A DNA stretch of 64,000 nucleotides from NCBI GenBank assembly GCA_047495785.1, contig JBLDXI010000054.1, positions 2,728,001 to 2,792,000 on the forward strand, given 5' to 3'. The DNA comes from Lepidodermella squamata (Eukaryota > Animalia > Gastrotricha). Position 1 is the first letter of the stretch; each line of letters starts with the position of its first letter. The position numbers were made by a program, and so were the translations under genes. Shown one piece after another: positions 14,587 to 26,933 of the stretch. The notes beneath the pieces were generated by a model. It searched no databases and had not been told where the DNA came from. It saw only the letters and a program-made list of their open reading frames with translations.

Positions 14587-16092
14587 ATCATCGCGACTTC
14601 CATTCCAATCTCAAGCGAATTCTAGTCGATTATAATCAATTCGAACGAGTCATTTTAAAAGCTGGTGCTCTTATAAATAAATTTTACTCTCTCTCCTATA
14701 TCGCCGTCTGCTATATAAATAACTTTACCTCTCCTGGCGATCTCCTTTTTTCGAAGGCTCTGGATCTCTTCGGCGAGCTCGACGATGAATTTCTTCACGG
14801 TTCGACGCAGTTAAAAACAATTTGTATAGCTTTGAATGGAGCTAATCAAAAGATTGAAAGAAAACGGGCGAAGTATAGGATTCACTCTCTCCTTTGAATA
14901 AGATTAATTGATATGCAAACAAACGAATCACCGACCAAAAAAAATAATCGATAATAATTGTAGTTGCGGGTAATGATGATGCCACCTTAATTATATCAAT
15001 AATAATCTTCTATCAAGTTTTTTCTCGCTTCTGTTGTGTTTTTTAACGTAACGCGCTGACTCTTCTCACTCCCTGTTCGTCAAATTTTTTATTATTCATC
15101 ATAAATAGTGAGAATTTTTTGATGACATATCGCTGCAGCTGCCTTTTTCATGTTCTAGTCTCAACACTGTTATATGGAAAATTTATCATGATGTCTTCTG
15201 TCCCTATAATTGTCGCCATAATAATAATAATAATGAAAATAATATTGATAGTAATATTTTCTCTCCATCTACTCCAACTCTTTGCCGAAATCTTAATATA
15301 AATGAAGCTTTTCGGTTATATCAAACTTCGATTCAACTCTGTGTCCTTATGATAGGACATATGAATCGATTGGAAAAGCTTTCTAACGGATAATATATTG
15401 CTATATAGAATTATTATAAAAAATATGTTACCGTTATTCGAAGATTTGATGATGACTGAGGATGAAAACAAACAATTATGAAATTTTGATAAAAATAAAA
15501 GGCTTTCGCAATTGAAAAAGCGTGACTAGTCTATTTTTGCTGGTAAACCTTCGAACTTCGAAGCTTGTTTCAGGATTCAGCTTTCAGCTACCGTCGACAA
15601 CTAGCCGTTTGAGATTCGATATTACAAGTGCTTTGTACATCGTGAAGCGAGAAACTTGAAGCAACCCGTAATGCCAAGTTCGATTGCAGTAACAAAACTA
15701 AAACAGCTTGGATTGCAAAACGCATTTTCCGAATCCTTTGACATTGAACATTTCTATAGGGGAGAGGCTTCTGAATGTAGATCATATAATACGTATTTCA
15801 ATCTCCAGTTTTAGGTTGAAAGCCACAAATGAATCATTCCAAATAGCTGCTCGTCAAGTATTATACATAATTCATGAGATGACGAAATACCTAGAGGTGG
15901 GCGTGTTTCCAAAAGTGCACAATTTCAATTAAAAATGACTCCCCTCGTTTCATCAACCTAGCTTTCAAAATTTATGACAGTGGTTAGGTCTTTTTTACTC
16001 TAAAAAAGCACATGATTCATTCTCGAGTCACACAAAATCGTTATAACTCTCTTCAATACAACGGCTCAATAACCTTGAGATTTTTGGCTTGA

Positions 16093-17327
16093 CTATTCTT
16101 TAGGCATGGAATTGTTAAGAATGTAGCCAACGGCTGTAACGTTCAGTAAAACCAACAGAAATAAACAAATGAAAAACATACAAATGTCAACAAGAAAGAA
16201 GTAAGCGACAGGGTCCTTGCATGGCATAAACTTCGGCATGTACCTTGAGATGTCAATACGCCGCTCCGCTCTTTCGGAATAAATTCTAACATAGGAACAC
16301 ATGACTGATGAGTAGACCACAATGAACATCGCAAAAATCATCTCAGCCATAACGTAGTAAGCTAGTACTATCGGCTTAGGAGTTTTCGGCATACTGTTAA
16401 CAAGTTGGGATTGTAAGACAGTAAAAGCTAGCAGAATAGCAACACTCAAAGCGGCTCTATCCGGCAATTTAGCTGGGATGAAAAACGCGGCTAATTCGAG
16501 TATGCAGAAGATGAGACTCGGGGTGATTAGGTTGAGAATCTCCCAAGTTGGTTGGCGGCGAAATGTTAGCGAGAATTCTACCTGGCTGTATTCTCCATAG
16601 TTGGGAAACGTTAAAATCTCAATTTTTGTCGAATTCTTCACGTGTATCCAAACGCTGTTCGCGCCGACGTAGGATGCAACTCCAGTAATGAAAGCAGCTG
16701 ATGTTATGTTTAATATTTGTGGCGAGAGAAGCGTTATGATTTGAAGCTGAAAATGAGAGTCATTACTTATTTTGAAGTTCGTTTATCAGCTATTACCTTG
16801 CAAGTTTGGTAGTCGAAAGGATATAGTTCCAATTCAAGATCACAATACACTTCGAAAACGCCAGCAGCTGCAGTTAGGAAAGTTCCGTATTTTGGGTAGA
16901 AATTGATGAAGGTAACGATTGGATCAGCCATGCCGTAGTTTGACATGCTGTTACGCATGAAAAAATTAGGAATCCACAATTCCGCGTCCTTTTTGTTAAC
17001 TTGAAATGAATCAACCTCAGGCGGCCATAGCGAGGTGTTCTGAGCGACTTCGTACGCGCAACTGTCAGACCACATTATTTGAAAGCCACCGAAAATGGTG
17101 AATGTTTCCAAGACAGGGTCGATTCCGATAAAGCGGTCGACTTCCATAGAAACTGCCAGCTCCAAAGATCGTCCTTCTAGCTCGTAAGGGGATTTGACAT
17201 CGCGATGAATGTGACAGTTTTCAAGCAAAGCGTCAACGGGCTTGAATTGACGCCAATTTTCTTGGCTGTTTTTCGCGAGGGTTGAGCTTACTGACAGCAG
17301 TAGTAGAAATATTATGTTGACAATCAT
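16093..17327 (-). CDS. Divergent Cys-loop pentameric ligand-gated ion channel subunit (LGIC-1), ~394 aa
   Basis: Exons 17327-16797 and 16746-16093 (50-bp GT-AG intron, phase 0). Signal peptide, WIPN loop A, Cys-loop CDLELELYPFDYQTC (C-x13-C), pre-M1 FRR, four TM helices, very short M3-M4 loop. Confidence 0.9.
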
Positions 17328-17832
17328 TGCGGAATGGCAAAATACTCAACTTTTACTATAGGTAGATGATTTTACATTTTACAAAGCGGAAAGCTTAAAT
17401 TCTCATTAATAAGTAATGAGTCGCTATCCAAAGCAAAATCTATGTCAAATTTTACCGTCCGTTGTCAATGATAGATAGCTGAATGCATCTATCTATGCTA
17501 GGCTTGCTGACAGAGGATATGTCACGCGTCACGGGGTTGCACATTTCCAATCGCTCGCATGGGGATGACGAGCCCGGAGTTGGCTCTCGCTGTAAAGCTT
17601 GCAAACCAAGGGATATCATCACTGAAAAATGAAAAACTTTCACTCGTCATCATTTCCTCATGTTAAAAACGTGAAGAAAACCATTTTTGGGGCTTAAAAA
17701 GAATAGGAAAGCACTCTAAATTAATTCGTTTTTACGGTAATCTGTCATTTTGGAACTCAAGTTAAGGACGTCATAAGTAGGGTACCATTCGAAATCCGGT
17801 ATCAAGAGCTATTTGAGGAGAAACGAATTCAG

Positions 17833-18210
17833 TTACATGGCGACGTTCATGAAGGTGCTACCCTTGTCCTTGTTCAGAATTGAGACAATGGTGTCGGCCG
17901 GGTGGGAGACAATGGCGCAGAAGACACCGGCGATGTAACCAGCGGCGAAGGTAACAGTCAGCTGTTCGCCCTTGGTGCATTCAGCACGGGGCTTGGGCAC
18001 AACGTATTGGTACAGGGCCTCCAGGGTGCGTTCGAAACAGGCGAATTTCATCATGGTGTACGAGATCTGACGAGCCCAGAGAGGGACAAGACCCTTGTAC
18101 AGACCTCCAATACCTTCCTCCTTAATAATCCGAGGCAGACCCTCACGAAAGGAGGTCGACCATCCCGGCTTGGTCTGGATACGGACCTTGACGGCTTCCA
18201 TCGGGCATAA
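17833..18210 (-). pseudogene. Mitochondrial phosphate carrier pseudogene fragment (psiPiC-A, central part)
   Basis: CPMEAVKVRIQT...SHPADTIVSILNKDKGSTF is near-identical to the intact PiC copies; truncated at both ends. Confidence 0.9.
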
Positions 18211-18329
18211 AGGCCGAAGTCATTGCAGACGCTGCTTTAGAATCTCACGGCTGATACATTTTCGCAATCTCTGCGTTATAGCGAGCACGGTGCGTCAAGA
18301 AAAGATTGAACCCACCCAGCAAATTGTTA

Positions 18330-18740
18330 CTAAGGGGTTCATTTTCCGGAGAGTCGATTGTGGACTGTAGTTCAGAGCCAACCATAGCCAATTAGTAACC
18401 ATACTCAAACATTCTGGGAACACAAAAGCGGCGGAAGGGCCCCGTACGCGACTCCCATCTCAGAAAATTAATACTCAGAATATCACCTAGACCAAACTCC
18501 CTCACCTTAATATTGAGAAGTAAAAGTAACCCCAATGCCCAAAGTCACCACATTTGACGGTAAAGGGAAATATACTTTTCCAATGCTATATAAATTTTAT
18601 TATTTTCCCAAATTGTAGGTTGACCTTGCAGGGAGGTATCTCCAGTCTTGGTCGCGGTTGGGCTCCAGCATCAATTGGCTACGCCCCGTAAGGCCTCTGC
18701 AAGTACGGCTTCTACGAGTATTTCAAAATCCAGTACTCGC
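18330..18740 (+). pseudogene. Inverted intron plus exon-2 fragment of psiPiC-A
   Basis: ttgtag|GTTGACC...GRGWAP..IGY..*GLCKYGFYEYFKIQY on the + strand (about 18619-18740) with a deletion and a stop. The preceding sequence matches the reverse complement of the psiPiC-B intron (about 28920-29390). Confidence 0.8.
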
Positions 18741-19179
18741 CGATAAATGGATCGATTTATCATGCATTAGAGATGCACACGCGGCTCATATAAAAAGCAC
18801 AACTATGTGGCTTTGCTCAGAATAACCTTTGCACCCTCCAAGTTGTACACTACGGCACGATCGTAAGCTTCCGAATAGTGCTTCCACATGTGTGTTAATA
18901 ATAGAGCAAAATTGACAATATATAGAACACTTTTGACTATTTGATAGCTAAAGCGTCGCAATGAGCTGACGTTCGCGGTAAAATATTTATCAAAGTTTGC
19001 ATAAGAGCAAAGGTCGATGTTGTCTATGTCGTCGCGTTACGTGTGAAAGGAGCTGCTATGGGAGCCACCTAGTTTTCATCATTCATAACAAAAACCAACA
19101 TGACAATTCGGAATAATAGCTCCTTTCAAACGCAACTCGTCGATGTATATCCTATTGCGAATATTAGGAAGCTCGAAGC

Positions 19180-20371
19180 ATAGCATAGCATAGCATAGCA
19201 TTTTCTTTATTTTATCTTTTCCTTCATTAATTGATCAACAATAACATAACAAAAACAATTGAGTTCAAGTACAGAAACGAAGAAACAAAAATGAGAAGGA
19301 AAAATGATAAAATAAAATTCACTCCGGTGTACCCAATTCGCCGGGCGTGATGTAAATTTTGTTCACGCCAAGCGAACCGAGTGTCGGAGGAGGACCGGTA
19401 GCAAGCTACCTATCCTGATCGTCAACCTCAAAAACTCATCCTTACTCTGATATTTCAATTTCACCAAAATAACTATGAATTTTTTGTCTCCAAGTAGTTC
19501 TATCCTGGGCCAGGGCGTCGGCCTCCTCAAAATTGTTAATCCCTATTTTGTTCAAATGTTTTTTGATGCAATCAATCCACCTTAATTTTGGTCGCCCTCG
19601 AGGTCTACTCCAAGTATCATCCGGCGGCTGCCAGTACCGCATCTGGCTTGCCAGCCTTACGGGGTCCATGCGAGCGACGTGCCCGTACCAGCGAAGTTGC
19701 CGCCTAGCAATTTTGAATGTAAATTGTTCTGAACCACACATATTTCTAATGACCTCATTGCGAATCCTGTCCCTAAGTGTTACTCCGCATATCTTACGCA
19801 AATAACGCATATAGCCTACGTCGAGTCGCCTCGCATCCTCAGAAGTTAACGTCCAACTTTCGCTGCCATGCATGATAGTCGCATCCACAACGCCCTTTAA
19901 ACATTTCATTTTTTCTTTAGTCGGGACAGATCGATTGCCAAAAATATATTTCCGCATAGCGCCAAACGCTTTGTTGCCTTTCTCTAAACGAGTCCTTACA
20001 TCAGCCTTACACCTGCCGTCAGACGTGATAACACTTCCCAAATATACGAATTCATCAACTTCTTCAATGTACTGCCCGTAGATGGAAAAAGGTAAATGTA
20101 AATTGCAGTCATTTTTATTAACTCTCATGAATTTGGTTTTTGGAACATTAATTTTCAAGCCCAAGTGTCCACACGCCTCAACAAAAATATCTATAATCAA
20201 TTGCATTTTCTCCGAATCTTGCGATAATAAAGCAGTATCGTCCGCGAATGCTAGTAACATCAGCCACTCATCGTCGGTTAGGGGGATACCTGTTTTTTCT
20301 AATTTAACTCGCTTGCAAACTACATTAAATACTGCTATGAATAACAGGGGCGACAATGGGCAGCCTTGCTC
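19180..20371 (-). mobile_element. 5'-truncated RTE-clade LINE retrotransposon
   Basis: Open RT C-terminal frame 19442-20368 (QGCPLSP, FADD, YLGS, LRWYGHVARM, RPRGRPKLRW), (TGCTA)n 3' tail, 12-bp target-site duplication gaagctcgaagc at 19168-19179 and 20372-20383. Confidence 0.92.
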
Positions 20372-20898
20372 GAAGCTCGAAGCGTTGTCAGTTATAAATA
20401 GCCTACGAGATCACAACTGTTTTAATTGCACTAAAATAGAGATCAGTTCACAGAAGCAATTTAGCTCAGCGTATTCCAAGACCAGATTGGATAGGCGCAG
20501 AAATTTGAGCCGGAATCCGAGTGTGTCCAGCGGCGACAAGCTGAATAGGGAGGTAAGATTCTTGAAGCTTTTAACATAATTCAGAGTCGACCTTGAATTC
20601 AAATTATATTATGCCGTTTTGCTGTCTGAGAAAGAGATACCTTCCGAGTACACAGCTGAGCAGGGTTCTTGATCGCCACAAAACCATCTTCAATTAAAAT
20701 TTTCTTAAGCGCTGAGTATACGTTTTTTTAATTTTTGACCGTTTTTCAATTTGGAGCAGTGCTCGTATAGCGCATAAATATTCACATTTGCAGATTGCGA
20801 CGCTGAATCCATTCGAGCAACTGTATTTATACATTTTGACTTGGGTGAGGACAGTGGAAGCTTCAGTTTCCTAAAAAGTGATTTTCCGACTCTGCAAA

Positions 20899-23127
20899 AT
20901 GATTCGCTACTTAGCGTATTTCAAAGCTCTTCTCGTCATTGCTTGTTGTTCTTCGAATGAATCCGAGAGTGATGAGGACATCATACCTATTATCTTGAGA
21001 CAATGCAAGCTAACGCCAGGCGCTGTTGTCCCTAATCGAGCGAACCCGGAGATGCCTGTATTTGCTGAATCGCAATTTTCGCTGGACACATTAGTTGAGG
21101 TCAGCGAGGTAGAAGAAGTGGTCACATTGACAGGCAGCGTCTTGGTGACTTTTTGCTTCGATTGTGTGGCTAAAGCTGTTGAGAAGTACAACAGCTCTTA
21201 TGCTATTCCGGACTACGGCCTCATCACCAACACCAATGACTACTGGCGCCCGCCGATAATCCATATGAACAGCAGATATGACTACGGGCTTTTGCAGAGT
21301 GTCTACCCAGCAACGATAATGCTACCATTTCAGGGTGCTATGATATACTCGCTCTCTGGTTTCTTCACGCCACGGTGTTCCATGAAATTCGAAACGTTAG
21401 TAAATCCTTCTCAACTGTTGAAATATAATAACCTTGGTTGTGCAGATACCCGTTCGATCGACAAACGTGTGAGCTCAAAATTGCCTTATGGCTGCCAACC
21501 AAATTCGTCACAATGAAAAGTCACAACCACTTTTTCTTCATATCAAAAGACGCATTCATCTCGAGCAATCTCGGCTGGGACCTTGATAGTGTAAACAGCA
21601 GCCTAGAGGCACCTCCGTTTCTCCATGTTGACTACTACCAGATGAAGACAGCAATTACAATCAAACGTCGACCGGCGTATTTTGTCCTGAATATAATCAT
21701 GCCGTGCTTCTTTTTGACATGTGCTACCATGGTGACATTCGCCCTACCGACGGAAGCTCCCGAACGAGCAAGTTTCGCGGTAACCATCCTGCTCAGTTTC
21801 ACAGTCATTCAAGCTCAAGTTCAGACAAATATCCCGAAGACGCCGATGAACATTCTGATCAATGACGTGATTCAGGCCCAATCAATTGCTGCCCTGCTGG
21901 TGACACTCTACGCTGGGATTACATGTGCTTGGTATGATTCATTCCAAGAAAAGGCCGAGAAAATTATCACCGTTCGTTCGAGAAAAATTCGACTGTGCCG
22001 CTTGGTTGATTTAATATCGGCGTCCATTTTATTCACTGTGATACTACCGTAAATTGGGGCAAAATGGCCGCGGGAAAAAAATTACCCCCTGATTTTTTCG
22101 CATTTTTACACGTTTCAGAGGGTCCTGATTCCGATTTTATAGGAAGCTCATTTTGCCCCAGGTTTGGGGCAAATTGGACAGGTGTTTTGGGGCTAATTGG
22201 CCACCCTTATCCTTATAATGGGTTTTTAATATTTAGTGATTGTGAGGGTTGAATGGACGAGTGGTTGTGATGCGTCCATCAGAACTTGAGTGATCTGATG
22301 AGCGACGGTTCGAATCCTCATAAAGTAGCATTTTTTTGCTCCGCATTTAATTTTTTTAATTTTGTTATTTATTTTCCATTTTAATAATTTTTAATTAGTT
22401 TCTCCGTTTTTTCTGAGAGTTTTATTGCTGAGCAACTTTTAAACGTCTCCCGAAAAAATGTCCGGCATACGTGGTGCTAGTGGAATAATTAAAATGGAAA
22501 ATAAATAACAAAATTAAAAAAATTAAATGCGGAGCAAAAAAATGCTACTTTATGAGGATTCGAACCGTCGCTCATCAGATCACTCAAGTTCTGATGGACG
22601 CATCACAACCACTCGACCATTCAACCCTCACAATCACTAAATATTAAAAACCCATTATAAGGATAAGGGTGGCCAATTAGCCCCCATCATTGAGTTTTCC
22701 ATGGGGTAATTTGGCCACAATCACCTAGCCATACCTGTGCATCGCCTGGGGTCGCGGTTTTTTTTGCTGTCATCTACGACGAAAATGGTCGAAGGAAAAA
22801 AATTCATCTGAACATCAAACCTCGTGATTGGCTCCAGGTAATTCAATTTAGAGGGGTCATTTTTACCTCCCTAAACTCACCTCTGTGCAACAACATGCTG
22901 TGACGTCATTTCGGGACATACGAGGCTGAAAATTTGCAGGCTTGTAGGAGGCTTGTTGATAATCGTCCCCGTAAATTTTTGTGAAGTTTTACCCTGTAGT
23001 TTTTGAGCTATCAATAAAATGGTGAAAACCTCAATTTTTGGCCAATTAGCCCCAAAGGTTCATTTTGCCCCAAATGACGGTAATTGTTAATGTAGTTTGC
23101 GGTGTTTATCTGATAGTTCTGTATTAG
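20899..23127 (+). CDS. Divergent Cys-loop channel subunit (LGIC-2), M4 interrupted by a MITE
   Basis: ATG 20899 with signal peptide; exon 20899-21395, 50-bp intron, exon 21446-22046; Cys-loop CSMKFETYPFDRQTC; M1-M3. Removing 22047-23080 plus one TA restores ...VILIVNVVCGVYLIVLY* ending at 23127. Confidence 0.85.
22047..23080. mobile_element. Tc1/mariner-superfamily-type MITE (TA TSD) with a long internal palindrome
   Basis: TA at 22045-46 and 23081-82; 20-bp TIR ccgtaaattggggcaaaatg / cattttgccccaaatgacgg (18/20); internal ~197-bp inverted repeat 22189-22385 / 22488-22684. Confidence 0.9.
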
Positions 23128-23835
23128 GATCTATAGACATTGATAAATCCCCGTGAACATCAGGACATCAGCGTGCCATCGAATAGATGTTTTGATTGCA
23201 TGATTTCGAAGCGGGGGCTGCTCTCGCAAATAAATGTCAAGCAAATGCATGTAAAGGAATAATTCATTATCACTGTTGGCGTTTCAAGTTTTCTAACGAT
23301 GAAGACATCAGGAAGGTGGAGTTCCGAGAATGTAACATGCTGCCATCTGCAACTAGTTCGACTGGATTCCTGCGCAAGCCTCAATTCGCCTCATGGGTTC
23401 GAAAATTGAAAGTGGCGAAATTCCGGAAAATTCCCATAAGAGACCCTCTACACTTAGGGTGCTTTTATTTTCAAAATTCGAAGGAGGAGTTTTGAAATGA
23501 GATTGTTTGTCATTTTTAGCGCGTTTATTATTGTACTTCCCGACGTTTCGACTGATATCTTAACAGTCATTTTCAAGGGTTATTCGCATTTGCAGTTAGA
23601 TTGTTCAATATTTGAAAACTATAAAATATTAGCTGCCGAATTAAGGTAGATTTTAAGGCAGTTTGAATCAAGGTAGATTTTAAGGTAGCTTTTCCTCTGA
23701 ATTGTAGCCAAATAGTAAAATGAATTCTCGCGCCCAAAATTTCATAATTAATAGCGATTGTAGAATATAAAGGTAGAATAAAAAGAATAAAAAGTAATAC
23801 GAGCGACCCTAATAAGAATAGGTTAATGAATCACC

Positions 23836-24435
23836 CTCACTTGCGCATTAAATTTTTATATAATTTGCATCACTTGCGCATTTATTCAGAAATTTGACTG
23901 TTTCACAGCCGCCGAGCCTCATAATTTTACAATTTATTATTGACAATTGAAAACACGTATTGCGCATCATCTTTCGACAGCTGTCGTGGTTGTCGATGTC
24001 AACTTCGTTCGACAACCTTAGGTTGCTAGGTGGTTATCTTGTAATTCTTAAGTTCCCGCAGGCCTTTACCATTGTTGGGCATTGATGACGGTGAGTTATA
24101 CTCCCAGCATCTGAGCAAACTCAGCGCCTAAATTGGTGAAAACAGTCGAAAATTTGACATTCACATGGCGCGACAACCCGCCAAATCGCAAGCGATGAAT
24201 GCACTATCGTTTCACCTTTTAGCGTTCCGTCATAAAATATGAAGCTGTTGTATAGACATTTGACTATCTAATATTGCGTTTTTTCGGAAGCCCAACCCAT
24301 TTCCTAAATTTTCTCATAAGATGTGGCTCAGCGACAGCGGAACAACAATAAATTCAAAAAAATGCGCAAGTAATAATTTTACAAACATTTAATGCGCAAG
24401 TGATAAATGCGCAAATGATAAATGCGCAAGTGAGG
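23836..24435. mobile_element. Probable MITE with AATGCGCAAGTG subterminal repeats
   Basis: cctcacttgcgcatt at the left end and aatgcgcaagtgagg at the right, each with additional oriented copies nearby; TSD not resolved. Confidence 0.55.
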
Positions 24436-24951
24436 TATACCCAGGTTGATAACGCACTCGCGGGTCAAGATTACTCGCAAGAGAGAAAACTGAACTCACA
24501 TCCCGAAGCAACCGGCAATTAGCGGCCCCGGTGAAATGAGCCCGATCTTGGCATTAGATTGCATAAAGCATTTTACGGTTCCGTTCACATTGAAAATTAC
24601 CAGGGATGAGGCTTCAAAATGCGGATCATATAATATGTATTTCGATCTCCACGATTGGGTGAAAAGCCGCCTATGATTCATTTCACTTAGCTGCCCGTCG
24701 GAAGCAACTCAGAGTGTTATACATTATTCATAGGATTACGAAATATCAATGGCCTATGGGACGTGTTTCCAAAAGTGCAAAATTTCAATTAAAAATGACT
24801 CCCCCCGTTTCATCAACCTAGCTTTCAAAATGTATGACAGTGGTTAGGTCTTTTTTACTCTAAAAAAGCAAATGATTCACTCACGAGCCACATAAAATCA
24901 CTATAACTCTCTTCAATACAACGCTCAATAACCTTGATATTTTTGACCTGA

Positions 24952-26180
24952 CTAGTCTTTAGGCATGGAATTGTTAAGAATGTAGCTAATTGCGACAACG
25001 TTCAGTAAAACCAACAGAAATAAACAAATGAAAAACATGCAAATGTCAACAAGAAAGAAGTAAGCGACAGGGTCCTTGCATGGCATAAACTTGGGCATGT
25101 ACCTTGAGATGTCAATGCGCCGCTCCGCTCTTTCGGAATAAATTCTGACATAAGAGCACATGACTGATGAGTAGACCACAATGAACATTGCAAAAATCAT
25201 CTCAGCCATAACGTAGTAAGCCAGTACTATCGGCTTGGGAGTTTTCGGCATACTGTTAACAAGTTGGGATTGTAGGACAGTAAAAGCAAGCAGAATGGCA
25301 ACACTCAACGCTGCTCTATCAGGCAATTTAGCCGGGATGAAAAACGCGGCTAATTCGAGTATGCAGAAAATGAGACTCGGAGTGATTAGGTTGAGAATCT
25401 CCCAAGTTGGTTGGCGGCGAAATGTCAGCGAGAATTCTACCTGGCTGTATTCTCCATAGTTGGGAAACGTTAAAATTTCAACTTTAGTCGAATTCTTCAC
25501 GTGTATCCAAACGCTGTTCGCGCCGACGTAGGATGCAACTCCAGTAATGAAAGCAGCTGATGTTATGTTTATTGTTCGAGGCGGGAGAAGCGTTATGATT
25601 TGGAACTAAAAATGAGAGTCAACACTTATTTTGAAATTCGTTCATCAGCTTTTACCTTGCAAGTTTGGTAGTCGAAAGGATACATTTCTAATTCAAGATC
25701 GCAATACACTTCGAAGATGCCAGAAGTAGCGCTAAGGAAAGTTCCGTATTTCGGAAAGAAATTGATAAAGGTAATAATCGGATCATCCATGGCGTAGTTT
25801 GTCATGCTATTCCGCATGTACAAATTGGGACTCCACAATTCGACGTTCTTTTTGGTAACTTGAAAAGAATCAACCTCGGGCGGCCATAGCGAGGTGTTTT
25901 GAGCGACCTCGTACGCGCAACTGTCAGACCACGCTACTTGAAGTACACCAAAAATAGTGAATGTTTCCAAAACAGGGTCGATTCCGATAAAGCGGTCGAC
26001 TTCCATAAAAACTGCCAGCTCCAAAGATCGTCCTTCTAGCTCGTAAGGGGATTTGACATCGCGATGAATGTGACAGTTTTCAAGCAAAGTATCAGCGGGC
26101 TTGAATTGACGCCAGTTTTCTTGACTGTTTTTCGCGACGGTTAAGCTTACTGACAACAGCATTATGATATGGACTCTCAT
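24952..26180 (-). CDS. Divergent Cys-loop channel subunit (LGIC-3), ~392 aa, paralog of LGIC-1
   Basis: Exons 26180-25656 and 25605-24952 (50-bp intron at the same position as in LGIC-1); Cys-loop CDLELEMYPFDYQTC; flanking sequence is also homologous to that of LGIC-1. Confidence 0.9.
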
Positions 26181-26933
26181 TGCGGAAACGCGGAAAACTC
26201 AATTTTTTTACTATACATTTAAATACATTTTCACGAATAAACGATGAGTTAAAGCGAAAAGCTGAAATTTTCGTTAATTAGTAATAAGTCACTATCCAAA
26301 CTGAATCGATGTCATGTTTACCGTCCGATGTGAACGATAGGTAGCGAAATAATGCCATGTCAGGCTCGTTGACAAAGGATCAGCGGATATGCCACGTGTT
26401 TGCACATATTACACGCTATAGCTGAATATTTGTCATGCTTCTCTATGCATTGGAGAGAAGTATCGTTTCTAAAGTCAATGATCGTTTTTCATCTTCCTTT
26501 CATCAGGAACATATCGAGTCTTCCGCGCCAGAACAATGTGCCGGAAATAGAAAGAAAATGGCGTAATGCATTTGATGCGCAGAAAAAACTGGCGTTAAAC
26601 TTTTTTTCCAGCGATCAGGCACGCGACTGAATTGGCGATGATGCAAAAAGTTAGTTTTACGCCATTTGTATCTATTTCCGGCACACTGTTCTGGCGCGGA
26701 AGGCGCGATATCAAATTCAGCAACCCCCAAGCTGACGTCGAAAGCCAAAATTCTGCCCGGCAACCTAACCTGAAAATGACTCGAAAAAACGAGAAAAACG
26801 AAGAAAACGAAAAAACCGCGTATGGAAGATGAGCTCAAATTTCGTTCCCAATGTAAAGGTTGGAAATCAGAGGATAGAGGCTACTCATTATTGCGAACCT
26901 TTCTCACGCTCTAGATACCTGATTTCCGATATT

